NCBI GenBank assembly: GCA_038087875.1
Contig: CM075995.1
Location: forward strand, 6,450,001-6,514,000
From: Malacoraja senta
Lineage: Eukaryota
DNA length: 64,000 bases
Reading direction: 5' to 3'
Of this stretch, positions 11,101 through 24,367 are shown piece after piece. The translations under genes were made by a program, and so were the position numbers. The notes below the pieces were generated by a model that saw nothing but the letters and a program-made list of their open reading frames with translations, made no database searches and was not told the origin of the DNA. Each line of letters begins with the position of its first letter. Within the stretch, counting starts at the first letter, position 1.

Positions 11101-14100
11101 ACAGAGCACAGAAACAGGCCCTGCATGTTCAGTCACACAGCACGGAAAGAGGCCCTTCAGCCCATCGCATCCATACTGACCAAGATGCCCCATCTAAGCA
11201 AGTCCCACCTGCCTGCATTTGGCCCATATCCTTCTAAACCTGTTCTAGGTTTAAAACTCTCTTGACTCTTGACTTGACGAGGCATGTACCTGTCCAAGTG
11301 TGTTTTAAATGCGTCGTCTTCCAATTCCCCCCTCTTCTGCCCTCCCTATAGTAACTTTGATGTCACGTGTACCAAGATGCTGTGAAATATTTTGTTTTGA
11401 ATGCATTTCAGTAAAATCTCACTACATAAGCACATCATACATAAGTAAAATAGTGCAATGATTGTAGTGTGTTTAAAAATATTTATATATCTGCTGATGC
11501 CGTACCGTGGTGCAGCAGTAGTGTTGCTGCCTTACAGCGCCAGAGTCCCTGACTACGGGTGATGCCTGTGCAGAGTTTGTAAGTTCTCCCCGTGACTTGA
11601 GTGGATTTTCTCCAGGATCTCCGGTTTCCACCCACATTCCAAAGACGTACAAGTTTGAAGGTTAATTGGCTTGGTATAATCATAAATTGTCCCCAGTGTA
11701 GGATAGTGTTAGTGTGCGGGGATCGCTGGTTGGCATGGACTCGGTGGGCCAAAGACACTATTTCGAGATACAGCGCGGAAACTGGCCCTTCAGCCCAACA
11801 AAACTAAACTAAACAATAACTTGAACAGCAACTTTACTATTTCAGAAACACAGCTTATCCCATTACCGAGTTGCCCTAGCACTACAAACAACTAAAACCT
11901 GTTTCTCATTAGTCATTAGTGACCTTGGTCAAGAAAAAAAATTAATTCCCATTATAATAAATACATAATGAGAAAACTAACGGAAAAAAATACTAGTGAA
12001 ATGCCTGGATAAAGTGCATGCGGAGAGGATGTTTCCACTAGTGGGAGAGTCTAGGATCAGAGGTCATAGCCTCAGAATTAAAGGACACACCTTCAGAAAG
12101 GAGATGAGATTTTTTTTAGGCTAATTGGCTTTGGTAAAATTGTACATTGCCCTTAGTGTGTGTGTAGGATAGTGCTAGTGTACGGGGATCGCTGGACGGC
12201 GCAGACTCGGTGGGCCGAAGGGCCTGTGTCTGCGCTGTATCTCTAAACTAAACTTAACTTTTCGAACTGAATTTGTGTTTGTTTATGTACTGCAGTGAGA
12301 CTCGAATGTGCCCTGAAATGTTCTTGCAATTTCTGGCCGATTATTGCCCTTTATTTAGTGGCAGCTTCCTTGTTGACAGGAAGTGTGCTGATCCAAACTC
12401 CCTGTGGCACATCTGGCATTTTGCCAACAGAATGCAGAGCTGCACCATTAAAATAGAAATCGCGGGAGGAGATATTTTTAAACTTGTCTAATTTTAGCTT
12501 CTCACTTAATCTCTCACATGCAAGGGACGCACTGAGTCATTGTTTGGTTTGTGCTTTGCTATTTACTGCTTTCGGTTTAGCAGCGTAATTTTTCTTCAAG
12601 TTTTTTGTGAGCGGTAGAGTTGTTGCCTCACAGCGCCAGTGACCCGGGTTCGACCCTGACTACGGGCGCTGTCTGTACAGAGTTTGTACGTTCACCCCGT
12701 GACCTGCGTGGGTTTTCCCCGGATGCTCCGGTTTCCTTCCACATTCCAAAGATGTACAGGGTTGTAGGTTAATTGACTTGGTATAAATGTAAATTGTGTG
12801 TTAGTGTTAGTGTGTGGGGATCGCTGGTTGGCATGGACTCGGGGGCCTGAAGGGCCAGTTTCCTCCCACACGCCAAAGACGTGTAGGTTAATTAACTTTG
12901 CAAATTGTCCCTAGTGTGTGTAGGGTAGTGCTAGTGTATGGGGATCGCTGGTCAGTGCGGACTCTGTGGGCTGAAGTCTCGGAACTAAACTAAACTTAAC
13001 TTCCTGCGCTCCTTTGCTCTTTCCTATCTCTGAAACCCTCAGCTGTTTGTGCACATGTCTCTTCATGTACAGAGTGACCGCAAGCTATCTATAATGGGCC
13101 ACGATAGTTAGGGCAGTGTTAACTATGCCTGGAAGTTTTATCAATACAAAGAAATGCAGGCATTGGTTTACAAAGAAATACACAGTGCTGGAGTAACAGT
13201 GGGTCGGGCAGCATCTCTGGAGAAACAAGGTATTGCAGATGCTTGTTTACCAAGGAAAGACAAAATTCGGGAGTATGAAAATGCACATCTCCAGATTCAG
13301 GGACAGTTTCTTCTCAGCTGTTATCAGGCAACTGAATCACCCTAGCACTAGATAGCAGTCCTGAACGACTATCTATATCATTAGTGACACTCGGACCATC
13401 TTCGATTGGACTTTACTGGCTTTACCTTGCACTAGACGTTATTCCCTTATTATGTATCTATTCACTGTGAATGGCTCGATTGTAATCATGTACTGTCTTT
13501 CCGCTGGCTGGATAGTACACAACAAATGCTTTTCACTGTACCTCTGTACACGTGACAATAAACTAAACTCAAAATAACTCAGCGGGTCAGGCAGCATCTC
13601 TGGATATACATGGATAGGTGACGTTTTGGGTTGGGACCCTTCTTCAGACTGATTGTAAGGGGAGGGGGAAGAAAACTGAAGAGCCCCTCATCTTTTCCAG
13701 CTTTCCTCTCTCCCATCCCCCCCCCCGCCCTCTCCTACACCCCCTGACCCGAAATATCATCTATCCACGTTCTCCAGGGTCTGCCTGACCCGTTGAGTTA
13801 CGCCTACACTTTGTGTCTATTCTAAAGAGGGATTTTTTTCTGCCTCTCGATTGATTGTCCTGAACTACTATCTACCTCATTGGTGACCCTTGGATTATCT
13901 TTGATCAGACTTTACTGGCTTTACCTTGCACTAAACATTATTCCCTTATCGTGTATCTGTACACTGTGAATGGCTCGTTTGTAATCACGTGTTATCTTTC
14001 CGCTGGCTGGTTAGCACGCAACAAAAGCTTTTCACTGTACCTTGGTACACGTGACAATAAACTGAACTGAACTGATGAGGGAGATACAGCGTGGACCATC

Positions 14101-15089
14101 TACCACCCATTCACAATGGTTCTGTGCTATACCACTTTTGCTGGATCTTGTCACTAGTGGGAGAGTCTAGGACCAGAGGGCACAGCCACAGAATAAAAGG
14201 ACGCACCTTTAGAAAGGAGATGAGGAATTTCTTTAGTCAGAGAGTGGTGAATCTGTGGAATTCATTGACACAGATGGCTGTAGAGGCCAAGTCAATTGTA
14301 TTTTTAAGGCGGAGATTGACAGATTCTTCATTAGTACAGGTGTCAGGGATTATGGGGAGAAAGATAGAATGGGTTGAGAGGGAGAGATAGATCAGCCATG
14401 ATTGAATGGCAGAGTAGACTTGATGGGCCGAATTGCCTAATTCTGCTCATGATTTATGAAGTTATGAACAGCTGTAGATGTGAAGAGATTGTGGACTCAG
14501 GAAAGTGTGAGCCGGCCAAGGATGCAAATTGAATTATTGCCGGTCATTTACACGTTATTACATTTGCAGATCCAGTTAGCGTTTGAGTGAATGGCAGGAA
14601 ATGCTCTGTGCACTCTGCTTCTGTCCCTAGAGTCATAGAGTGATACAGAGTGGAAACAGGCCCTTTGGCCCAACTTGTCCACACCGACCAACATGTCCCA
14701 GCTACCTGTCCTACCTACCTGCATTTGGCCCATATCCCTCTCAACCTGTCCTATCCATGTACCTGTCTAAATGTTTCTTAGACATGATAGTACCTGCCTC
14801 AACTACCTCCTCTGCCAGCTCTATCCATACAACCACCACCCTTTGTGGAAAAGAATTAACCGCTCAGATTCCAATTAGATCCTTCTCCCCTCGCCTTAAA
14901 CCTCTGTCCTCTGGTTCTCGCTTCATCTACTCTGGGCAAAAGATTGCATTTACCTGATCTATTCCTCTCATGATTTTGTACACCTCTATACGATCACCCA
15001 TCATCCTCCAGCGCTCCAAGGAATAGAGAACCAACCTGCTCAACCTCTCCCTATAGCTCAGACCCTCGAGTCCTGGCAACATCCTCGTC

Positions 15090-15500
15090 CGTCTCTCTCT
15101 CTCTCCCTCTCCCTCTCCCTCTCCCTCTCCCTCCCTCTCCCTCTCCCCCTCCCCCTCCCCCTCTCCCCTCTCTCCCTCCGTCCCCCCTCTCCCCCTCTCC
15201 CTCCCTCTCCCCCTCTCCCTCCCTCTCCCTCTCCCTCCCTACCTCACCCTCCCTCTCCCTCTTCGTCCCCTCCCTCTCCCTCCGTCCCCCTCTCCTCCCT
15301 CTCCCTCCCTCTCCCACCCTCTCCCTCCCTCTCCCTCCCTCCCTCACCCTTTCCCACCCTCTCCCTCCCTCTCTCCCCCCCTCTCTCTCTTCCTTCCTCC
15401 CTCCCACTCTCCCTCCCTCCCCCTCTCTCCTCTCCTTCGTTTGTCTCTCGATCTCTGCCGTTCTCCCCCCCCCCCTGTTTCCATCTCCGTCTATCTCTCT
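15090..15500. repeat. Polypyrimidine low-complexity tract, (CTCTCC)n-like
   Basis: Direct inspection. Confidence 0.95.
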
Positions 15501-15711
15501 CTACACCCCACCCCTGTGTGTGTGTGGGTCTGTGTAATATATTACAACTTATGCACAGTTTGCCTTTTCAGAGCAGTGTTCTTCTGAATTAAATCATGTT
15601 TAAAGTATTGTTAAACATGCAACTAGGCTTTTCTTTCATCGATTTTATAACTCTTGATCGGACATTGCGGCATTGCCTTGCACTAAACATTATTCCCTTA
15701 TGTATCTCAAG

Positions 15712-16172
15712 AGAGTCAAGAGTGTTTTATTGTCATATGTCCCAGATAGGACAATGAAATTCTTGCTTGCTGCAGCACAACAGAATATGTAAACATAGTA
15801 CATAACGGGAGAAGAAAAAAAGTTCAGTGTGTATATATACACATGCACACATACTCAATCTCAATAAATAACAAATATAGTGCAATAATAATAATAGTCT
15901 GTTGCAGTTCAGAGCTTATTTGGAGGTGGTAGTGTTTAATAGCCTGATGGCTGTAGGGAAGAAGCTGTTCCTGAACCTGGACGTTACAGTTTTCAGGCTC
16001 CTGTACCATCTTGTCGATGGCAGGAATGAAATGAGAGTGGGGCCAGGGTGGTGTGGGTCTCTGATGTAGCTGGCTGACTTTGTGAGGCAGCGGCTCCTGT
16101 AGATCCTTTCGATGGTGGGGAGGTCAGCACCTGTGATCGACAGGGCACTGTTCACCACTTTTTGCAGTCGTC
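15712..16172 (-). mobile_element. Rex/Babar-type LINE 3' fragment
   Basis: Minus-strand RSLKTVTSRFRNSFFPTAIRLLN; tail gacaataaaacactcttgactcttga. Confidence 0.8.
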
Positions 16173-17452
16173 TTCATTGATGATGTTTAGTGTAGTTTAG
16201 CTTAGAAATACAGCGCGGAAACGGGCCCTTCGGCCCACCGACCAGCGATCCCTGCACACTAACACTACAGTTTACAGGCTCCTGTACCTTCTTCCCGATG
16301 GCAATGGTGAAATGATGGTGTGGGTCTTTGATGTTGGCTGCCTTTTTGAGGGCAGTGGAGGCAGGTTCTCTGGATGCTTTCATGAGAGAGCTAGATAGGG
16401 CTCTTAAAGATAGCAGAGTCAGGGGATATGGGGAGAAGGCAGGAACGGGGTACTGATTGGGGATGATCAGCCATGATCACATTGAATGGCGGTGCTGGCT
16501 CGAAGGGCCAAATGGCCTACTCCTGCACCTATTGTCTATTGTCTATTGACTTCGATAGATCTATAAATGGCTCAATTCTAATCATGTGTTATCTTTCCAC
16601 TGACTGGATAGCATGCAACAAAAGCTTCTCACTGTACCTCGGTACGCGTGACAATAAACTAAACTGTAATGACTATTAGGAAGCATCTTTATGATTGAAT
16701 TTGTACTCCTGTTCAATTAGTAACACCCTCTCTCCATCACACACTATTTTGTTTTTGCTGTTCTAAATAATCCCTTTGTTTCCACAATAGCACACATGTT
16801 CTTTCCACTGAGAGGCGGCTCAGTATGCTTCTGGTAGTGCAGCTGCCTCACAGAACCAGAGACTCGGGTTCCATCCTGACCTCTGTGGGGTTTACAAATC
16901 CTCCCTGTGACCACGTGGGTTTCCTCCAGGTGTTTCTGATTTCCCCCCTCAAAGGTTTGTAGGTTAATTTGCTGCTGTAAATTGCCCCTAAACGCACACA
17001 GTCTCTTGCCTAGAGTAGGGGAATCGAGAACCAGAGGACATAGGTTTAAGGTGAGGGGGATAGATTTAATAGGGGTAGCTTTTTGATACAAACGGGTGGT
17101 GGGTTTAGGGAACGAGCTGCTGGAGGAGGTAGTTTAGGCAGGGACTATCACAACATTAAAGAAACATTTAGGTTTGGAGGGATATGGGCCAAACGCAGGC
17201 AGGTGGGATTAGTGTAGATGGAACATGTTGGTCGGTAAGGGCAAGTTGGGCCGAAGAGCCTGTTTCTCTAAAATCTAAAACTAAATCTGTTCCAAATAAG
17301 ATGCATGTATTATTTATGAAAACTTTGCCCACAGCACTGTTCTTTGGGAATTGATCAAGTTTGTTCCTAATGCATTAGATATTGTTTCCACATCTGAATG
17401 TTGTTTTGTGTGGAATATTTATTTGAGGATTGAGTGCTCCATTTCTTGTGGC

Positions 17453-17760
17453 GGTCACGGTGGCGCAGCGGTAGAGTTGCTGCCTTAACAGCGAATGCAG
17501 TGCCAGAGACTCTGGTTCGATCCTGACCACGGGTGCAGTCTGTACGGAGTTTGTACGTTCTCCCCGTGACCTGCGTGGGTTTTCTCCGAGATCTTCGGTT
17601 TCCTCCCACACTCCAAAGTTTGTAGGTTCATTGGCCTGGTAAATGTAAAAATTGTCCCTAGTGGGTGTAGGATAGTGTTAATGTGCAGGGATCGATGGTC
17701 GGCATGGACCCGGTGGGCCGAAGGGCATGTTTTGGTGCTGTATCTGTCAACTGAACTAAA
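17453..17760 (+). mobile_element. tRNA-derived HE1/V-SINE (representative of dozens of copies on both strands)
   Basis: A box tggcgcagcgg, B box gttcgatcc, V-domain ggagtttgtacgttctccccgtg...ttcctcccacactccaaag, 3' tail gggccgaaggg...gctgtatct shared with CR1, (ctaaa)n end. Other copies include 6553-6832(-), 9218-9515(-), 22630-22940(-), 26361-26672(+), 32980-33288(-), 33786-34090(-), 37573-37883(-), 42377-42680(+), 49685-49963(-), 59804-60113(-), 60326-60610(+). Confidence 0.9.
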
Positions 17761-20700
17761 GCAGGTCCCGAATGGATCTTTTCTGGTTAAATGGTTCTTT
17801 TATTGTCACTTGTACCAAGGGGTACATAGAACTAGTGTGAGTGATCGTTGGTCAGCTTGGCCACAGTGGGCCGAAGGGTCTTTTTGCCATGCTGTATCTC
17901 TAAACTAAAACTAAAGTATCCTGGGACTCATGACTCCTTTCCACGCAATACAAACTGACCTCACAACTTTATTGAGATTTGCAATTGCTCGTTATTCTTA
18001 AATGCACACGTGGATTTGTGTGATAATAAACCATAAAAAATGGTGATTTTCCTTCATAAGGAAAAGTAGAATTTGGCCATTCGGCTCATCAAGTCTACTC
18101 CGCCATTCAATCATGGCTGATCTATCTCTCCCTCCTCACCCCATTCTCCTGCCTTCTCCTCATAACCTCTGACACCCGTACTAATCAAGAATCTATCTAT
18201 CTCTGCCTTAAAAATATCCACTGTCTTTGCCTCCACAGCCTTCTGTGGCAACGAATTCCACAGATTCACCACCCTCTGACTAAATTATGGCATCTTGCCC
18301 TCTAAATGCAGATCTGATCCATGGGGATGACTGTAGAGAAGGATAGGGTGATGTTTCGGGTTGAGACCCTTCTTCAGACTGAGAATCAGGGGAAGAGTGA
18401 AACGAGAGGTCTAGTTTCCCTCTCTCCTGACAGGTTCTGTTCCTTTTCATACCTCTAGTTTCCCTCCCTTGACTAGCATGAAGAAGGGCCTCAACCCGAA
18501 TCATCACCTATTCCTCTACTCCAGAGGTGGTGCCTGACCTGCTGAGTTACTTCAGCATTTTATGTCTGTCTTTAATGTAAACCAGCATTGGCTATTCCAT
18601 CCTACACTTCCACCGTCACTCTCTGCTTCCTTCCAATTTTTTAATCCATTCAGCTATCTCTCCTTGAATCCCATGTGATCTAACCTTCCAGAACAGCCTA
18701 CCATGCAGAACCTTATCGAATGCTTTACTAAAATCCAAGTACACAACGTCTACAGCTCTGCCTGTAAATCTTAACATGATCTACACACACTAGGGACAAT
18801 TTACAATTATACCAAGCCAATTAACCTACAACCTGGTGGATTTTGTAGAGAGGGGAGGAAACTGGAGCACTCGGAGACAACCCACGCAGGTGACAGGGAG
18901 AACGTACAAACTCCGTACAGACAAGCACCCATGATCAGGTTCGAAACCCGGTTCTCTGGAGCTGTAAGGCAGCAACTGTACCGCTACACCACCATGCCGC
19001 CCAGTTACTCCGGCATTTTGTGTCTATCCCCGGAGATGACAGTTTGATGTTAGAAACATAGAAAATAGGTGCAGGAGTAGGTCATTCGGCCCTTTGATCA
19101 TGGCTATTCATTCTAAATCAATACCCCATTCCTGCTTTTCCCCCAATCCCTTGTTTCCGTTAGCCCTAAGAGCTAAATCTAACTCTTGAATACATCCAGT
19201 GAATTGGCCTCCACTGCCTTCTGTGGCAAAGAATTTACATAAATTCACAAATCTCTGGATGAAAAAGTTTTTCTTCGTCTCAGTCCTAAATGGCCTTCCC
19301 CTTATTCTTCCCCTTATTCTTAAACTGGACTCCCCCGTGGATTGGAATTTATCCGACATAAAACAATTGTTCTGTGCCAACAGGGTGGGAAATCAAAGAA
19401 ACTTGGCCCACTATTATCTTAATGTTATGCCTGAAAGCTGTTGGCCGCATTTCAAGAAAATTATTTATTACTGCTGGTGTATCATTGCTATTAACTTAAA
19501 TAGGCCTATTTCAAATGTCTCTTAATTGTCGTGAACCTATTTCATCTCTCTGGAAGGCACAAGATTCTCTGTCCATCCCTCAATCACTTCCTAAGGCAGC
19601 GTTGCGTTCTCTGTAGATTTAATAGAGCAAGCCCTTGTCTTGTTCACGGTGGCGGCACGGTGGTGCAGCAGTAGAGCTACTGCCTCTCATGGTAGAATTG
19701 CTGCCTTAGAGCGTTTGCTGCGCCAGTGATCCGGCTTCGAACCCGACTAGTTTTAGTTTAATTTTGAGATACAGCGCGGAAACAGGCCCCACCGGGTCCA
19801 CGACGACCAGCGATCCCCGCACATTAACGCTATCCTACACCCACTAGGGACAATTGGTACATTTACCAAGCCAATTAACCTACAAACCTGTACGTCTTTG
19901 GAATGTGGGAAGAAACCGAAGATCTCTGAGAAAACGGGGAGAATGTACAAACTCTGTATAGACAGCATCCGTAATCGGGATGGAACCTGGGCCTCCGGCG
20001 CTGCATTCGCTGAAAGGCAGCAACTCAACCGCCACGCCACCGTGACTGCGGGTGTTGTCTGTACGGAGTTTGTACGTTCTCCCTGTGACCTGCGTGGGTT
20101 CTTCTGAGATCTTCGGTATCCTCCCACACTTCAAAGACATACGCGTTGATAAGTTAATTGGCTCGGTATGAATGTACAATTGTCCCTTATATGTGTAGGA
20201 TAGTGTTATTGTGCAGGGATCGCTGGTTGGCGCGGACTCGGTGGGCCGAAGGGCCTGTTTCTGCGCTGTATCTCTAAACTAAACAGTGTTGCTTTCTCTG
20301 GAGGATTAATAGCCCAAGACCTTGTCTCTCTATTCAACTGAGGGCCTCTTGGCACTATTTGTAGAAAACCTTGGGGGAGTTTGTTTTGGCAGAAAAATAT
20401 GCTGCTTCAGCACCCTTGTTAGAAATGTTGCTAAGATTCATTTATCTTCTCGTCTCTTGATCCGTTGAATTAGTTGCCACAGACAGCTGCAGAGGCCGTC
20501 AATGACTATTTGTACCGTGGGGATTGATAGGTTCTTGATTATGTTCATGTGATAGGAGCAGTATTAGGCCATTCAGGCCCATCAAGTCTACTCCGCCATT
20601 CAATCATGGCTGATCTATCTCTCCCTCCTTACCCCCATTTTCCTGTCTTCTCCCCATAACCCCTGACACCCGTCCTAATCAAGAATCTATCTCTGCCACA

Positions 20701-21183
20701 GCCTTCTTTTCACACAGAGTGGTGGGTGTACGGAACGATCTGCTGGATGAGGTAGTTGAGGCAGGGACTATTGCAAAGTTGAAGAAACATTTCGACAGGT
20801 ACATGGGTGTGACAGGTTCAGAGGGATATGGGCCAAACGCTGGCAGATGGGAATAGTATAGATGGGGGCATGTTGCCGGTGTGGGCAGGTTGGGCTGAAT
20901 GGCCTGTTTCCACACTGAATGACTCTAGATGGGACTAGTGCAGATGTAAATATCTCCCCATCTCCTTCCCAAAATAACGTCCTTTAATTCTGAAACTATG
21001 ACCTAGACTCTCCCACTAGTGGAAACATCCTCTCCACATCCACTCTATCCAAGCCTTTCACTATTCTGTATATTTCAATGAGGTCCCCCCTCATTCTTCT
21101 AAACTACTCATGTCTAGCTCGTGTTATCCGAGCCGTTCGATTATGTTACGTCCCCTTTTTGACTCCGCTCTACGCAGGTGGTG

Positions 21184-21383
21184 NNNNNNNNNNNNNNNNN
21201 NNNNNNNNNNNNNNNNNNNNNNNNNNNNNNNNNNNNNNNNNNNNNNNNNNNNNNNNNNNNNNNNNNNNNNNNNNNNNNNNNNNNNNNNNNNNNNNNNNNN
21301 NNNNNNNNNNNNNNNNNNNNNNNNNNNNNNNNNNNNNNNNNNNNNNNNNNNNNNNNNNNNNNNNNNNNNNNNNNNNNNNNNNN
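21184..21383. other. Assembly gap (200 N)
   Basis: Run of exactly 200 N, probably a fixed-size scaffold gap of unknown true length. Confidence 0.99.
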
Positions 21384-21872
21384 ACTGATTTTCCGCTTGC
21401 ATTTACTAGAGTTTGGCTGAGGTTTGCATTTGATCTTTAGTGTTTTTCTTGGGAAACCACATGAGGTTGGGTGGGTTAGATTGTAAATTTGGGACCATGT
21501 ATCATAATAACTTTGGGGCAAACCAGAAATCCCTTTCCCTCTTGTTCATTGTTCATGCCTGGAATTTATACCTGTCTGTTAACATCTCATCAGTTGGGAA
21601 AATAATCTAATGTTCACCTCTGGGGAATTTTGCTGATCTCAGTCATGTAACCAGTTAACATTCTTGGCAATAGTTCTTACTTTTAAATGAAGCTGTGGCG
21701 ATGTTGTAACTTAATTCTACAGTAAATCGGCCCACGGTTTACTATTGCCTTGTTTAAGAAAGAACTGCAGATGCTGGAAAAATCGAAGATAGACAAAAAA
21801 GCTGGAACTCAGCGGGTGAGGCAGCATCTATCTATGGAAGGTTTACTGTTGCCAGTCAGTTTGAGAAAGTAT

Positions 21873-22430
21873 ACCAGTTTATTGCACGTGTACCGAGGTA
21901 CAGTGAAAAGCTTTTGTTGCATGCTAACCAATGAGTGGAAAGACAATGCATGATTACAATCGAGCCGTCCACAGTGTACAGATACACGATGAAGGGGATA
22001 ATGTTTAGTGCAAGGTAAAGTCCAATCAAAGATAGTCCGAGGATCTCCAATGAGGTAGATAGCAGTTCAGGACTGCTCTCTAGTTGTGGTAGGATGGTTC
22101 AGTTGCCTGATAACAGCTGGGAAGAAACTGTCCCTGAATCTGGAGGTGTGCGTTTTCACATTTCTCTACCTTATACTAGATGGGAGAGGGGAGAAGAGGG
22201 AGTGGCCAGCGTGCAAGACATCCTTGATTATGTTGCTGGTCTTGCCGAGGCAGTGTGACGCGTAAATGGAGTCAATGGAAGGTTGGTTTGTGCGATGGTC
22301 TGGGCTACGTCCACAATTCTCTGCAATTTCTTGCTGTTTTGGATGGAGCTGTTCCCAAACCAAGCTGTGATGCATCCTGATAATACGATTTGTATGGCGT
22401 ATCTGTAGATGTTGGTGAGAGTTTTGGGGG
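21873..22430 (-). mobile_element. Rex/Babar-type LINE 3' fragment; source of the abundant ...ggtacacgtgacaataaac tails
   Basis: Minus-strand LTNIYRYAIQIVLSGCITAWFGN...KKLQRIV and RTSRFRDSFFPAVIRQLN, followed by the 3' UTR seen many times in the window. Confidence 0.8.
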
Positions 22431-23604
22431 ACCTGATTGGAGATTTTTTAAAACTCAAAACCGAAGCTGGTATATGGAAAGAGCAGCCAGAGGAGGTAGT
22501 TGAGGCAGGTACTATAACTGCATTTAAAAGATAGTTGGACAAGTACATGGATGGGAAAGATTGAGAGGGATCCAGTCAGCGGAAAGACAACACATGATTA
22601 TTGTGCTATAATTAACTTTTTTTAATAGTTAAGTTTAAAGAGTTTTGTTTAGAAACAGGCCTTTCAGCCCACCGAGTCTGCGCTGCGACTTCACAGCGAT
22701 CCCCGTCCATTAACACGATCCTACACACACTAGAGACAATTTATGCATACACCAAGCCAATTAACGGACAAACCTGTACGTCTTTGCAGTGTGGAAGGAA
22801 ACAGAAGTTCCCGGAGAAAACCCATGCAGGTCACGGGGAGAACGTACAATCTATGTACAGACAGGCAGCCGTATTCGGGATCGCACCCAGGACTCTGGCG
22901 CTGTGAGGCAGCAACTCTACTGCTGCGCTACCGTGCCGGCCCAACTATTGTGCTATAATTCTTAATTCTTAAACTATTTCTTGCTACTTGTTTACCCGAG
23001 CCTGAGGGATCTCCAGTTTCCTCCCACAATCCATAGACGTACAGGTCTAAAGATTAATTTAGACCTCAGAGGGCGATGGAGGCGGGTTCTCTGGATACTT
23101 TCAAGAGAGGTTCTAGATAGGGCTCTTAAAGATAGCGGAGTCAGGTGATATGGGGAGCAGACAGGAACATGGTACTGATTGGGGATGATCAGCCATGATC
23201 ACATTGAATGGCGTTCGGTGCTGGCTCGAAGGGCCGAATGGCCTACTCCTGCACCTATTGTCTATTGTCTATTAATTGGTTTGGTATAATTGCAAATTGT
23301 CCCGAGTGTGTGTAGGATAATGTGAATGTGCGGGGATCACCGGTCGGTGCAAACTCGGTGGGCCGAAGGACTTGTTTCCGCATTCCATCTCTAAAATTAA
23401 ACTAAATGATGCAGCCGCAATATGCAGCAAAACGGATCTACTTGCCCCAAACGTCGCCTATCCATGTCTTTCAGGGATGCTGCCTGACCTGCTGAGTTAC
23501 TCCAGCACTTTTGTTAAACTAGCATCTGCAGTTCCCTGACTCATAGACCAAAACTGCACACAATGCACCAGGTGTGGTCTCACTAGGGCCCTATACAAGA
23601 AAAC

Positions 23605-24180
23605 ATGCCCTTCGGCCCAACAATGCCCCAGCTACACTAGTACCACCGGCCTGTGTTTGGCCCATATCCCTACAAACCTGGCCTATCCATGTACCTGTCT
23701 AACTGTTTCTTAAATGATGGGATAGTCCCAGCCTCAACTACCTCCTCTGGCAGCTTGTTCCATGCACCCACCACCCTTTGTGTGAAAAGGTTACCTCTCA
23801 GATTCCTATTAAATCTTTTCCCATTCACCTTGAACCTATGTCCTCTAGTCCTCGATTCCCCTACTCTGGGCAAGAGACTCTGTGCATCTACCCGATCTAT
23901 TCCTCTCATGATTTTATACACGTCTATAAGATCACCCCTCATCCTCCTGCACTCCAAGGAATAGAGTCCCAGCCTACTCAACCTGTCCCTATAGTTCACA
24001 CCCTCTAGTCCTGGCAACATCCTCGTAAATCTTTCTGAACCCTTTAAAGCTTGACAATATCTTTCCTATAACATGGTACCCAGAACTGAACACAATACTC
24101 CAAATGCGGTCTCTCCAACGTATTATAGAACTGCAACATGACCGCCCAACGTCTATACTCAATACTCTGACTGATGAAGG
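23605..24180 (-). mobile_element. CR1 LINE 3' fragment
   Basis: MLPGLEGVNYRDRLSRLGLYSLECRRMRGDLIDVYKIM...FTQRVVGAWNKLP. Confidence 0.9.
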
Positions 24181-24367
24181 CCAAAGTGCCAACCGCATAA
24201 AAGACTCTGCATTTACCCAATCTATTCCCCTCATGGTTTTATACACCTCTGTAAGATCACCCCTCATCCTCCTGCGCACCAAGGAATAGAGAATATAGAC
24301 ACAAAATGTGGGAGTAACTCAGTGAGGCAGGCACACTTCAGACCAAGGAATGGTCTGCTGTTTGTTA

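Noticed and set aside
17453..17530. tRNA-like A/B boxes
   Set aside because: These are SINE heads continuing into the V-domain; no complete cloverleaf, so not tRNA genes
21078..21521. ORFs containing X runs and odd sequence at 21108-21183
   Set aside because: Artefacts of the 200-N gap; contig-end sequence may be low quality
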